64,000 nt of DNA from Tubulanus polymorphus (GCF_964204645.1 NC_134026.1:30786150-30850149), one strand, 5' to 3'; shown: positions 41,464-55,776, numbered from the stretch's first letter. Numbers and translations are program-made. The notes: generated by a model from the sequence alone, not told the origin.

Positions 41464-43457
41464 AGCGCGGTTTTGAACGCTAAGTTCTGTGATAAAGTGG
41501 GCGGTTAAACCGTTTCAGACACATTTATGCTTTTATCTGGAGATGATAAAATTCAGGTTATCGCTCAGTAATGACCAATATGTTGATAGCAGTTCGTGCT
41601 TTTAATGGGAGAAAAAATAAAAATTCACAGGCGAGTTGCACCTGGATTTAAGCCAATCATTAGAACACTATAGAATTACCATATCTGCTGCCTATAGTCA
41701 TCTGTTCAGACATTCACTGGTTAAGTATGAAGTGTATATGATCAGGTTTTGAGTGAGCTGATAAAATTGTCTAATGTCCGGTGTTTGTTCATTTTCAATG
41801 AAAAAATGTCTGAGGCGAAGCACTGAACATGTGAAGTGTCGGATCAAAAATTGGCGATAATGTGTCTTTTGTCGGAAGGGTTCGGGGTTCGGGTTTCACC
41901 GTGATTACAGCATAAAAAAAGAAACAACCGGAATATTAGTGAGAAATGGATGAAATTAAGTGTAGGTGTATTTTACAAATTCAGAAAAAGAATTCAGCAA
42001 ATTCAACGTCACATATTTTTACTCATTTATTTCAAGGAAATTAGAAAATTACTAAGGATTTGTATCAGGATCTGTCTTTATTCAGATATAAACGCAAATG
42101 TTTACAAACGTGATAATTCGATCGTCGACCACAACTGGATAAAACCAGTATACGTATCATGCGGGTATTGTGCGAAAACATCCGGTAAAATGAATGAATT
42201 CATTGGAAGTTTAACGCGAATTAAGTTCCGTTTATATATTTCTAAAGAGATGTCTATTCAATTAATGTAAAATGATGGGTATTTCAACTGATTAGAGACA
42301 TTAGTCACACATATAGATATTGTCGTCAGATTGTACACACGAATACATACGAATTGTTTTGCTCGCGTTTTTATTTCCCAGTTTGATAATCGGCTTAGCT
42401 CAATCTGTTGTATCGTTAGTGTGCTGGTAAAATGTCTGGTGTTTGGTGTTTGTAGTTTATTTTCAATTGAAAATGTCTCCAAGTGTAGTATCACATGTAA
42501 AGTGTGGAAGAACGGTTTCTGAAAGTGCGCTGATATAAAATGTTTGGACAGGACTGGTGTCCGTAGGTAATTTTCATTTAAAAATGTCTCAGTTGTAGTT
42601 CTGAACACACGTCGAAGTCTGCTGATCAATGTCTAATGCCTGACGTCTAATGCCTACGTTTGTAGCCAATCAAAAATATCTCAGGTGAAGTCCTGGACAC
42701 ACACGTGTGGACGATCGGTGCTAACGTCTAATCGCGTTATCAGGGTGCAACATGTTTGAGGGGTTGGGGATCCTGGCTACGGAATGGGATCCAGGGTCCA
42801 TCAGGTTATGTAAATTATTCATGACTATGATAGAACGCTGCCTAATTTCAGCCCTCGTTCAAAGTCACGCCTGTACATTCCTCTCCATCAATTCACCTCC
42901 ACTGAAAATATCATACGATTAATGGCAAGGTGTGCGCCAGGCTTTACGGCCCCTCTTAGATTAGTTTATTTCTAGTTAAACGTGTGTCCTGTTTGTAAAA
43001 TAAAATTCTGTTCACAAGATACGAATCAAGTTTTTCCTCGGCTAAAAGGGTCGGCAAAAGTCGGAAATAGCCATATCCAAGCGAGTTAGGCAAGGTTCAT
43101 ACTATAGTTCTTTATAATTACACGTTATACCGAATTTATTTAGGGGCCACGTTAACGCGGACCACCGCCGACTGTGTCAAGATTTTGACCGTCAGGTGCT
43201 GCCGCTACATATTACATTGACGGCGAACGTATGAACTAACACGACAGCTCATATTCTTACTGTGGCACGCGGGAAATGAACTTGTCCACTAGCATCCTCG
43301 CTTGCCAGGGTTCCGGTATCACTGCCGAACTCGCTTCCACGAGAACAGCTTTAGCGTAGTGGGTTCGAATCCCTTGACTGGTGAAATGGACCTCTAATGT
43401 CCGGAGTTCGAGCCTAGTGATTTCTGATGCATTTTAGACGATGTCCTGAGTTTGAAC

Positions 43458-43640
43458 CCAGAATTTACTGGCACTGATTCCGTGGTCCTGCTACTGAACC
43501 TCCAGAATTTATACTGGCACTGATTCCGTGGTCCTGATACTGAACCTCCAGAATTAATACTGGCACTAATTCCGTGGTCCTGATACTGAACCTCCAGAAT
43601 TAATACTGGCACTGATTCCGTGGTCCTGATACTGAACCTC
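43458..43640. repeat. 46-bp minisatellite, about 4 copies
   Basis: ACTGGCACTGATTCCGTGGTCCTGATACTGAACCTCCAGAATTAAT units at 43467, 43513, 43559 and 43605. Confidence 0.9.
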
Positions 43641-44534
43641 CCTTTCTCCCTCCATCCATGGCTTTCGAAAGTAGAAGGCAAATAATACATCTTATGTCTT
43701 TTTCAATATTGAAGTTTAATAAATTCATGTGACATGATACATGCATATTGACTTCTCAATTACTTTATTTTCGTTCAGATTTATCATTAAACCCAAACCG
43801 ACTGTAAAAATATAGAATACATCGAATACAATTACATGTATTCGCTCAGTTGAATACTATTTCCTTGTTGTATGAAAAGAAATGCAAAATAAAGTAAAAC
43901 AGAATAAAATCAATTTGAATAATACTAATTTTTATTTACGACTCTTTCAGAAGACGAAATGAACAACAATTACAGAGAGATTACATGATTACAACAGAAC
44001 GATTACAGATTGAAGACACTTAAACATCATCATTATACATAACCCTGCATCATTGTCATCAGCTTCTACACTACACTACACTACACTACATTACTCTACA
44101 TTGCACATGAGGGAATTCACAACTCAAAAATTTCAATTGAATTAATAAATTCTTGGTTATTTTTATCTTGTTTCGATTTTTGATTAAATTGTTCTGTATT
44201 TTAAAGCGCTAATCTACATTCATAAAGAGAGGCAGTTACACTAAAAATAATCATGACCTTGAATATTGTTTTATTATTGCTTCCAGTAGATGTCGTCCAG
44301 GGGCAGGCGCAGGAAAACCCTGTAATATTAGTGGCTTATCAGTCTCTTAGCATAAACCATGATTTGGTGCCGTCTCACTAACAGTGAGCTTATCTGTGTT
44401 TAACACTAAAAGCGGTTTCCTGCGTCCATTTACGCCTAACCACAGTTTGATGACCACGGTTAAAACTAACAGGGTTTCCTGCGCCCGAACCAGAGAATTA
44501 GTCGGTGTCAGTTTAGTCAGTAACTGGACTTCAG

Positions 44535-44671
44535 GGGCCGGTTGCATAGTCAAGGCTTAGATTTAAGACCAGTCTAAGACCAACTTAGTTCTATAGCTAA
44601 TCTAACAATTTAAGATCGGTCTTAAGATTTAAGACCACTTTTGGACTTAAGTCACGACTGTGCAACTGGCC
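44535..44671. mobile_element. MITE with GGGCCGGTTGCATAGTC...GACTGTGCAACTGGCCC ends and apparent CAG TSD
   Basis: TIRs visible; the internal sequence is the reverse complement of the 47-bp unit amplified at 57795-58110. Confidence 0.7.
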
Positions 44672-45443
44672 CCAGTTAGACACAGTAAATAAAGCACCGT
44701 TAGTCAGTAACTAGATACTGTAGTTCTCATTAGTAGTTACCTACGTCGAGTACAATTCAAATTTCAAGGGGCAACTTTTTGATGCTAATAAAAGTCCTTG
44801 AGAACTAAATAACTATCATCAGTTCCATTCTTGTTTACGGTAATTAATTTCTGATGACGTTGTGTCATATTCTATTTTACATGCATTGAAAACTTCATGT
44901 ATAAAAAAAAAAAACAACAAAGTACAAAGAGAGAAAGAGAAAATGAATAAATGCATTTATATTCTATATATCATATATCAAACGTATTATAGGAGTACGT
45001 TAAAAAACTTCCTCATTTCGATATCCGTTCGATTGGTAAACAATCCTCATTTACGCAGTAAATACGGGTCGGTCGGTCGGTCAAATGTTGTTTAATTCTA
45101 ACCAGTCGGTTAAGCTGAACGACTGGTTAGAATCTCTCAAGAGTTGTTAAGTGATTAAACACTCTTTTAACGAATGTTTAAAACTTAAAAACAACGTTTG
45201 GCCGCTGATATTCACTTGAGTAATTCAACAATTCATCGCTTAATTATTCGTATAAAATCGTGGAGAACAAAATGTCATCATCAACTGTCGTTTAAAAGTC
45301 TATGTTTTCATGCACTGATCTTATATTTGTGTTGATGACCTGAAAATAAACGATATTCACATCATCATCATCTCTTGCCATCAAAAGAAATTGAATTTTT
45401 TTCTTATCGTTTGAATTTTTACTCACCATGTATTTGAAGATGT

Positions 45444-48400
45444 TTAAACTTGTTGAGATTTCCCGGTGCTGCGTAAATTCGGGCCCACGTTTGAGACAGC
45501 TTGTCCATTTCCTTTTTTCATTTCTTGCTGCATTTTCGTCAACATTTCTTGCATTCGTTTCAACTGAAATCATCAAATATATCATAATACTTTATATACT
45601 AGTAGTCTAAACACTGATGATGAATACAGAAGACTCGGTCTAGAGAATGATTTTGTTAGCACGCAGGACAGTGCCTGGTCTACTGTCGATAGGTTTATAA
45701 TTTACCTCAGCTTCCTTTTCTGCGAGTTGTCTTTCTTTTTCATTCAGTTTTTCACCATCATCAGATTTTCTCATGTGTCTAGAATAATAACACAATATTC
45801 ACAATGTATCATACAATGTATCATACAATGTATCATACAATGTATCATACAATGTATCATACAATGTATCATACAATGTATCATACAATGTATCATACAA
45901 TGTATCATACAATGTATCATACAATGTATCATACAATGTATCATACAATGTATCATACAATGTATCATACAATGTATCATACAATGTATCATACAATGTA
46001 TCATACAATGTATCATACAATGTATCATACAATGTATCATACAATGTATCATACAATGTATCATACAATGTATCATACAATGTATCATACAATGTATCAT
46101 ACAATGTATCATACAATGTATCATACAATGTACACTGATTTTCCTTAACCCAAAATCTACGCTGTTTCACATATCACATACAATGGGATAGGGATAAATC
46201 TTCAATTTTTAACCCTCAGAACTACACTTAAAGAATGTCTCCCTAACCGAGTACCAACTGATCGGTCAACTCGAAATTTTAGAAGATTCTAGGGTTCTAT
46301 TAATAATTAATAATTCTATCTGTTTTCAAAATTTTGGAAGTCAAGTTTACGGCTTCAATAATTATCCAATGCGCATCCAGAAACCAACGTCATTCATTTT
46401 ATTTCCAACTTTTCAAATGTGTTGAATCGATAACTTTATTTGTCTTACTTAATTTTTCTGTCACCAGTTCCGGCTCCTCTCAGTTTCTCTGAACGGAAGT
46501 TCTCGTAATGAATCTCTTGTGTCACTTCTTGTAAGTCATTCATATGAGTTCTGAAATAAACCGCAATCAATTACGATCATCTCAAACTGATACATTGAAT
46601 CGCAGGTCCCAGTTCCACAATTCCACCGTGGATCTGAATCCGATTAGAATTATAGATACTTACATTAACATCGTTCTTAGTTTAATGAAATCGCAATGTT
46701 CAGGATTTTCAACTTCTACCACCCCCCACGGGTACATCCGTCCACGAACCTTTCTACCCTTCACTTCTATAACTTGGTTTGAGCCGACTACAGCAAACGG
46801 AACCGCTGCCTAAAAATACCGTCAATCACTCCAAATTAAGTAAGGCGAAAAATTGAACATTTTCCATATCAAGAATCGCAATTGCAGATTACAAAATCTC
46901 TTCAGGTTTACATATTATACTATTCCGGGTATAGGTACGGCGTATTGTCAACAGCAAAGAATCCCAGAATCGATAGTAGGCTGAGAGTGAGTTGAAAAGG
47001 TTTGCACACACCCGTATTATACCTATCTCCTTTAAGCCCAACGCAGACGGCACCGAAAAAACGTTTTTTCCTCGTGAAAAAAACGTTTTCGATGTTTTTT
47101 GCTATGGTGTGTGCAGGGGAGGCAAAACACAAAACGCCGAACTGAAAAACGTTTTTCGCGAAACAAGCACTGCTTGATTTGCGAAAAACGTTTTGTGTAG
47201 TCGAAAACGTTTTTCGTCCCATGTGCGTTGAACGTTTTATCGTTTGCGGGCAAAACGTTTTACGAAAAACGTTTTGCGAAAATGTGTTTTCTGTTTCGGT
47301 GAAACAACATGTTTTGCCGTGTGCGTCGGGCTTAAAATTGTAATAAACGCACCATTTTATAAGGGTATTTATCGTGACGCTTATTCTGGTTTTGACAATT
47401 TATCTTTGCGACACTTTCTGTTTCCTTTATAGCCTTAAGTTATGGCGTTTCTGTGATCCTTCTAAAGAACGTATTGTCCGTTAAATTCGAATTAAACTTT
47501 TTGTCGAAATCGTCAACTACTAAATTCAACTACGTGCACAAACGACAATGGTTTTTTTCCCGATAGAAAGCGTCTGTTGGCTTTTCATAAAATAATATAT
47601 CCCACCTTTAATTGTTTACATTGTTCTTTATAATCGTCATCTTCATCGGAATCGCAATCTGGTAATGTATATATCTGAATACCGTGTCTTTTGATTTCAT
47701 CGAGAACCTAAAAAAACAGAGAAAGAAAATTCAGAGTTGAATTCTGTATTTTATGAGAGCGCACTAGGGATATTATTCGACAGCTAAGGCAACCTTCGGT
47801 TATCTGAGTTAGTCGACTATAGTTGAACTAAACGAAACCGAATGTCCGTTAGTCGGAACTATATTCCGGAAATAGTTCGAAAATCAAGCGCATTCGGTTA
47901 TTAGTTCCGACCACTAGTCGAATAGATACGAAAACCGAATTTGGCCTAATGTGACAACTTACTCTTCCTTTTAATCTATCGACCTCAGCTTTGGTCAAAG
48001 TATCGGCTTTCGCGATTACAGGAACTATATTCACTCGATTGTGAATAGTTTTCATGAATGAAACATCCAACGGTTTCAACCTTTCAATTCGAAAAAAAAA
48101 AAACAAACTGAAAGACTAACTGATGATATTGTTGAAGCAGTTGCTACGGTTACACGGATGTTACTTACCCGTGACCGGCGGGATTTATGAAATAAAAGCA
48201 ACAATGAACTCTGTTATCGACGATGTGACGTCGATTCAAACCGCTCTCATCTTGGAGATATTTCTCAAATTGATCATCGATGTATTGAACAACTTTCTTA
48301 AAACTGAAATACACGATTTATAAACTGTATGATCGCTTGTCTTTCTGTGAATCCTGTAGATGTAAGGTACAGTTCCACAACTGTTCCACAGTTGCTGAGA

Positions 48401-48783
48401 TAAACATCATTGAGTTAATACTCATTGAAAATGAACTGATTTTAAGTCTTGGATGAACTTAACTCGCAACTGTGGAACTGGATCCTGAGTTAAGAGTTCA
48501 GAGTTACTCTTAACTCACGACTGTAGAACTGGATCCGAGGATCCCGTTCTAGTAACAAACAATAGGAAATGAAGTAATTGTGACAGTAGATGGACATAAT
48601 GTTGATACGGTTAATCACAGGGGGGCGATGATGATGATGATGATGATGATGATGACTATAGTTGATACGGTTAATCACATGGGGCGATGATGATGATGAT
48701 GATGATGACTATAGTTGATACGGTTAATCACCGGGGGGCGATGATGATGATGACTATAGTTGATACGGTTAATCACAGGGGGC

Positions 48784-48823
<40 letters not shown>

Positions 48824-51800
48824 ATAAACAATACCTTTCATCGTTATTGATACCGTCACCGAAGCCCGGTGTATCAACTACTGTTAATCTCAGTTTCACT
48901 CCTCTTTCCTCTATTTCTACCGATGACGCGTCTATTTCAACTGTCTTATTGATCTTTTCTGAAAAAAAATCAAAACGAACATTATTTATTTTTCAAGTTG
49001 GCTTCAGTCAGAAGGTTGGACGGAGAAGAGAGAAAGGTTGTTTAGGGGTAGGGATAGACATGGAAGGGGTTGTATAGTGAAGGTGAGTTTGATTATTTAG
49101 GGATGGTGGGGAGGGGTTTGTGCTGTATGGTTCTCAGATGACCTCAACGTAATTCAACCTTATTTAATCTCTTTGGTTTGTTTCAATATTCAATTTATGC
49201 GGATAATCAATTAATATAGGTCACATTTCAACAAAATAGTCCAGGATGTGAAATCATTGATAAAACATCCTGGTCAGCAGCAGAATCATACAGTTCACCT
49301 CATATTTTGCGCATATCAACATCACGTTTAAAAATATCTGTTTCAGCTGTTTAGAAAATGAAGATTAATGCATTAATTTTGTTTCTGACATTTTACTTCA
49401 ATCAACAAGGTAAGATAAATTACTACGCATTGTGGAACCTCGTTACAACGAACTTCTGGGCACCAGAAAATCTATTCTGATAGGTCTATATACAGTTGAA
49501 CCTCGTTACAACGAACTTCAGGGCACCAGAAAATTTGTTTGTTACAACAAATTAATTCATCGCAATCTGTAATTCATATTCGTAGAAACTAATTGAGTTT
49601 TTCCCCTTTTTAAGCTTTTTCAACAGAATCTGTTGCGACTGAGAAGACACTAGAAATCATAGCTAGTAATACAACAGTAGGAGAAGGAGAACCATTATAC
49701 ATTACGTGCAAAACAAATGGGGATGTTACAAAGATTCTTTTGAAACATAAACGAAAAGGGGAAACTGGATTTAAAAGATTTGCTGAAAATTGTAATGTTT
49801 ATTACGAGGAAACCAAACTCAGACAAGACCATTATTTAGAATATATCAAAAAGGTGAATAGTACAGAATCTGGAAAAAATATTTCGCGAGTTTCATCGCT
49901 ATCAAAACGCCTTGAAAAAGATATTTTTAATTAACTGTATTTTCTAGCATGTTTGTGATTGTGTCGATGGTGAATTTGTAGTAGTTATTCCCAGAACTCC
50001 ACTTGCTGCTACCGGAACATGGCGATGTTTTATGTTTGACACTGGTACTCGTAAAGTTCTAGAAAAAAACCTGAATGTCACAGTTATCCCAAACAGTCAG
50101 TAAAACAATCAATCATTTCAAAATTACATTATCTCATTAAAAACTTCTCTAGTTTTTGATTATCTAAATATTTCTGGTTTTTAGGAGCTTTTCGCACGAC
50201 AGAAAAACCACAAACTGAAAAACTACAGCGTAAGAGAATCTTATCAAATCTGGTCAATTTTACTAATTCCATTGAAAATATAAAACCTACAATATGAAGT
50301 TAAAACGAATGAAAGATTTTGACGTTTCAGTTCAATTGTTATGAGCCATTTTCAAAAACGGCACTCGGGTCAAAATCATCGTCATTTATTATTGTTAGTT
50401 TTATTCTTCAACTGAAACATTAGACAGTTCTATGGAAATCAACATTCAATAGTTTTACTTTAAGAAGAAATTGTCATAAAATCTCGGATTGATTTATTTA
50501 AAGATGGATCAGAATTGATGTCGAGTACGATGATGATAGTATTGATAGCGGTAGCCGCGTGTTTAGGACTCGCGCTCGTCATAACATGCGTCGTTTTGGC
50601 TCACAATCAAAAACGACGCCGAAAATTAGAAAAACTCGAGTAAGTCCCGAAAAAAAAACTAGAGTAATATTTTATCGGGGGTCAGTTGTTCATGAGTTGT
50701 CTGAAATTAACCAATGGATAAATAGATAAACAATGGAATAAAAATTCAATTTCAATTGTCACTTTGTCTATTACTTGCGACTCGCCATTTTTCCAGCAAA
50801 AAAGAAGATATCCTCTAGTTATTTTCCAATGGTTTTATAGAAGTTTTAAGGGTAGTGTAATCTAGTCCCGATGAATGATTTTAAGTGGCGTTCATGATCT
50901 AGTTCCATCCCTGGTTATCAACACATTTCGAACAACTGGTCCCCGAGTAACTACTTCACGTTTCTGATACATGCATCAACCACCAGAAATGTGCAATGAT
51001 TCTCCCAGTTAAACCTACGCAAACTTACAGTTAAACTTTGGCTTAAGTCGTTGTAGTTGATACGATCATTATATTGATGACTTATCCATGATGACGACTT
51101 ACATTTACAAAACTCAAAAATAGAGATGACTTCAGTAATGCAACGACTTAAACCAGTATTTGACTGTTAGATAAAAAAAAATATTTTTAAAACTTGAATT
51201 ACAGAACACGACTTGTAATTGGTCGACAGCAGTCAGTGGCGTCATCAAATGCTCTATCGACGGAACCGTTATATAACGATTATACATCTCGTATGATATC
51301 TCAAAATCCACATATTTATGGAGCGAATGCAGTCGTATCAGGTGAGCTTCATTCAACTCGGTCAGAAACTTGTCATTCGTAGCTGTTTTAATTGAATTCA
51401 ATATTTTTCAAAAACTAGAATATGACTGCATCGGAAACAATGATAATGAAATCACGTACAGCTCGTGCGGAGGAGGAGCTACAGGAGGAGGGGACCCTCT
51501 CATGACACCTAATAATCGGGGTAAGGGCGCATCTCATGATTTTGATAATCTTGAATAATTGAAAAATGTGTCAAGCGAATTGTTACCAGATGTGACCTTA
51601 CTAAGATGATGATAGTATTATGATTAACCAGTATGATCTGGAGGATACCATTAAAACTTCCTCTGGGAATTAAAAATAAGTATGGTAATCCAGTTATTGA
51701 TTTCTATATTATAGTTCAGGAATACATGCCGATGGATGAAGCACTTGATAGTTTGAAATATGCTAAAACATGTGAACTACCACCGATCCCGGGATGCAGT

Positions 51801-54187
51801 AAAGAAGTGACCTATCATAACATGCCTTAACCCTTACACTGTGTTTACCCTGAGGTACGATGTAGCAGCAGCAGTGGCAGCAGGTGTGTCCATTATACAC
51901 GGCACTACGAGATAGATGCAAGTGTTATACACAGGGTCCAGTTCCACAGATCCGCCGAGTTAAGATTTGACTCGGAGTTAACTCATTGAAAATGAACTAA
52001 CTTTAACTCAGAGTTAACTCTAACTTACAACTGTGGAACTGGTTCCAGCACTGTAAAATATACAATTTAGTGGCACATCCATTTTACACCGCCCTGCAGG
52101 GTAGACACACTATAGGGGTCCGTTTTACGACTGGGCATTGTGCAGTTTTTATGGAATTTTCAAAATGATGTTAGCATTTCAAACAAATGACGAACAGTGG
52201 GTCGAAAAATACTGAATATTTTCATTGTCAATTCAGTGCAAAAAAATTCAATGTAACATTAAAATGTCAGGGGCGGATTTAGACAGTCGGAATTTTATAT
52301 TGCCTTTTTATTTTTCTCTCTGTATCAAAATTTGCCGTTGTAACCACCAGAGATACACAATAGATATTTCTCATAAATATATAACCTATGTTTCTTGACT
52401 AAATGCCTCTCAGATTTACCCAGAAAGCTCTAAAATGATAGTAAAATTTCAAAAACTTCCCAGACTCCCTCAGTCGCAATTTTGCTGATACACCTTTCTG
52501 CCCTAAATAAACACTACGGCGCCCATTTTATTGGTCGTCATGGTCACAACATGCTCCAGGATCCGCCCCTGAATGTTAATGATGAAATGAGTTATGTTTA
52601 ATGCGTGTGTATGATTTTCTTTATAATTTCATGAATATTCATCATGCTATTCTAGCAAATATTCTCCTTATATGGTCAATGGGAGGACATTATCCGGGCC
52701 TCAAATATTGCGATAATATAGCATTAGCGTTTTTATTGATTGATTCATGCTCATAATTCCTCACTCAAATCCCAGTCATCAATGATGTGATGACTGTTTT
52801 TAATGTATATAATTGTAACTATGTTATTATCGTAAAATTGAAAAGCTGCAATTTTTACTCACGAACCAAAGATGAATCTTGATCGTTTGATTGTAAATAA
52901 CCAACGCACAATTCTTCCATGTGAAAAAATCATACACATTTCATTATCATTCATTTGGGTAAATCAAGATTTCTGTTTAATCTAAAACCATTCATTCAAT
53001 TATTGTATATCATAAGATGAATTTTGAATATATAGGCCTGATATCAATACAAAGTAGCCTGAATTTAACTCAAATAAATACAGTTTTTTCCGATGTAAAT
53101 TTTGGTATTCCGTGTGTTTTAGTTCAGGAGACTGACTGCGACTGTTGTCTTTTGTCAATCAGAAAAGTTACGATAGGAAAAGATATCTCTGAATGACATA
53201 CACAACAGCAGAAACAACAATTCATAGACAGTAGTGACTAATCGTCGGGACTATTGATCTATAGCAAATTTTTCATTCGATCTTAAGCGTTTCAGCGTCG
53301 GCCATTTTGTTCTGAACTACAGCGACTGCGCATCGCACTAAACACTCCGAACTGACTAGTCATGACTAACTACGAAAACGGATATCCAGCCGTGGGTAAC
53401 ACTACACCGAGGATTCGACATACCTGTAGCACCTGGAACCACTCTATCCGGATACAAATCAGTCAGGAATAAACTATTTATTAAAGTTGATTTTCCTAAA
53501 CCAGATTCACCTAAAACAAAAAATACGTTTTAATGAATCGTGATTTTCACTGCGAGTGTTACAAATACTCGTTTCGGTAATCAGTCATTTCACTTACCCA
53601 CAACCATTAGAGTAAATTCAAATCCTTTCTTTACTGATTTTCTGTGAACCTGATTTGGTAGATTAGCGAATCCCACATATCCGGCCGTCTCTGGGTTAGT
53701 GAACTATAAATAAATAATCAATAAACTAAACTAATCACATCTATTCTTATTTCCCTTCATACTCACAATTTTCATAAAGATTAAAATCTCTGAACGTTAA
53801 ACTCATCCTTGATTACCACACTTCCCCCCTCTATCCGGTAATGATGATTCACCACCCCCCCTACCTACCATCATCTCTTATCTCTCTCTATCTGATGGAG
53901 ATCACGATTCAACCAAATACCCACAACCAATGAAACATTCTGAGTTTGTGTTGTAAATGATATAAAATCTCATATTATGTGTGAATTAAAATGCAAAATG
54001 TTTCCTTTATCTAATAGTTTATTTTGCATTTTCTTAGACACCAACTCCAACAGCATTTGCCATTTCCAGACTTTCTTCATTGTTCTATTATTACTAGGGC
54101 TAGGCCTGCCTAGGCTAAGGATTTGACAATATGATAGTTCTACAACAAAAACAATCTGCTTTTCGAAAGCAACAAATTACTCACCAT
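45444..54187 (-). CDS. SEPT2: Septin of the SEPT2 group. Coding exons about 54185-54187 (ATG), 53597-53703, 53424-53510, 48834-48957, 47963-48303 (two exons), 47606-47707, 46663-46808, 46450-46551, 45706-45778, 45444-45563
   Basis: [102 protein letters not shown], short coiled-coil tail ([11 protein letters not shown]). Confidence 0.9.
45801..46131. repeat. Perfect 12-bp tandem repeat (ACAATGTATCAT), about 27 copies, in a septin intron
   Basis: Visible directly; accounts for four spurious ORFs in the track. Confidence 0.98.
47036..47331. mobile_element. MITE flanked by TTAA, with internal AAAACGTTTT repeats
   Basis: TTAA|GCCCAACGCAGACGGCA ... TGCCGTGTGCGTCGGGC|TTAA. Confidence 0.75.
48597..48822. 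repeat. Compound minisatellite: GTTGATACGGTTAATCACAGGGGGCG + (GAT)n, 4 units
   Basis: Four constant blocks separated by GAT runs of different lengths. Confidence 0.9.
49358..51830 (+). CDS. Nested single-Ig-domain type I membrane receptor, about 320 aa. Exons 49358-49409, 49627-49853, 49948-50095, 50185-50229, 50504-50639, 51205-51341, 51419-51520, 51715-51830
   Basis: Eight GT-AG exons total 963 nt with no internal stop. Signal [14 protein letters not shown]; [11 protein letters not shown] ... TGTWRC (Ig B- and F-strand Cys); [26 protein letters not shown] followed by KRRRK; Tyr-rich tail. Confidence 0.75.
51831..52165. mobile_element. Decayed copy of the piggyBac-type MITE starting at the Ig gene stop codon, itself interrupted by a Harbinger-like MITE (51934-52046)
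   Basis: TTAA|CCCTTACACTGTG start, and ACACCGCCCTGCAGGGTAGACACACTA similar to 34120-34407. Right end not resolved. Confidence 0.55.
52268..52571. mobile_element. hAT-like MITE with 5-bp TSD AATGT
   Basis: AATGT|CAGGGGCGGATT ... GATCCGCCCCTG|AATGT. Confidence 0.75.
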
Positions 54188-55776
54188 TTTAATCGACTTT
54201 TCTTTGACTTTCTGAAATAAAATCACGAATAATTCAGATTAGTGGCAGTCAGAGTATAAATAAAGTGAACTAATTGAATTGGATTGATTGGAATTGTCAA
54301 ATAAAAGCTGTTTTTACTTCGATCAAGAATGACTTAAAATCTCAATCAATAATTAGTTAAAATCATTAACTATCAATTAATTCATCTGCGCGATTTCATC
54401 CGTCTAAAACAAAGCGTTCAATAGAAAAACCTCATAAAACCTCACCCGACTGAAAAAAATATCAGCAATTAGTCACTGAAGAGTTTCAGGAAATCACGGA
54501 TTCGGACTCAATATAGGAATGAGAATCCGACTCTGATCCCAGTACGGGAATTAGGATTACTTGATAGACAGCGCCATCTATAAACAAATAAACTAGGCCT
54601 GCTGGTGATTAATTAATTGCTGCTCAATATTATATTTTGAAGGTGGTTTCAGCGTTAGAGAGAAAATTTGGAGGCTGTGAGTGAAATCTAAATATACACA
54701 TGACACATGTCATACACAGACTACAGGAGAGAGGCAGACACAGGGAGGGAGAGAGAGAGAGAGGGAGGGGGTCAGTTTGATGATTACCCGTTTATCTGCT
54801 AATTTTTTGGCTTGGTGCCACACGGCACAGGGGCTCGTATCAGTGTTGTATGAACTGTACAAACAATAATCTGTTAATCCAAATGTCCATCCAATGTTAA
54901 TCCAAACTGTTTATGCGGCTACAATTGGAGTCTCATGGATTCTAGACATGTTTGTGCATGCCTGCTTGAAAGAATCAGGGTCGGGTTAGGTGCTGGTTCA
55001 TGCAGCTTTGAGGTGTGTTCTGTGGCTCAAAGCATTGGAAAAATGTTAGATATTTTTCGTTTGGTTTCAAATGCCGATACATGCGCTAATTGGACTCCTA
55101 CAACCACAGCTGACTCGCGTTACCATAGCCACAGTCTGAATACCAGACATTGTTACGGTCACCATTGTTTGAGGAACAACAGCTAAATACTGGACTACCA
55201 TAGCCTTGGCCTAAAAGATAACTTATTATTTTATAGCCTATTATAGACACTGGATTAACAGATTATTGTTTTTACAATTGCAAACTCTTGATACAAGCCA
55301 GTGTGTTGGTGACTGTGCATGGCCACCACCACAGCAGCTAGAGGCAGGGAGTTTAGTGTAGGCCGATTAGTTGCTATCAATCGCTAACTTGCAGTGATGA
55401 CCTTTTCCTCAAGTCTTTCCTCATAACCCTGAAAACTAATCCTACTCTTGAAGAATTAACAAATGAGAAGCTGTTGAACTGAAATGAAAAAAACATTGAA
55501 TGTTTGCGCCAATATTTAGACAATCAGTCATCATCATATTGAGCTGTAACAATGAGAATTGTCTTGAAGATTTAGTTTAGTACTTTTCTTCTCAGGGACA
55601 GTCAAGCCCTCTGAAGGAAAGATTGAGTACTGTTTTCTGTGCTATAATCCAGTTTGATAAAGTGTCCTCCACTTTAACACTAAGTTGTTAATGATTTCAG
55701 TGTAGCTACACGCCGTGTGTTGGTGATAGATAGACATGCTGCCGGTTCTCATCAACAACTACCGTAAACATTCAAT

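Noticed and set aside
43330-43415. tRNA/SINE-like GGTTCGAATCCC box
   Set aside because: B-box only; no cloverleaf and no second copy in the window.
45727-46191. Four repetitive ORFs (IIQC, MIHC, YDTL, MYHT)
   Set aside because: Products of a stop-free intronic 12-mer array.
48597-48822. CRISPR-like constant repeats with variable spacers (also the 46-bp and 47-bp arrays)
   Set aside because: Spacers are just (GAT)n or absent; the context is a eukaryotic intron with no cas genes.
50331-50395. Extra exon candidate in the Ig receptor
   Set aside because: It introduces an in-frame TGA in the required phase; the model is open without it.
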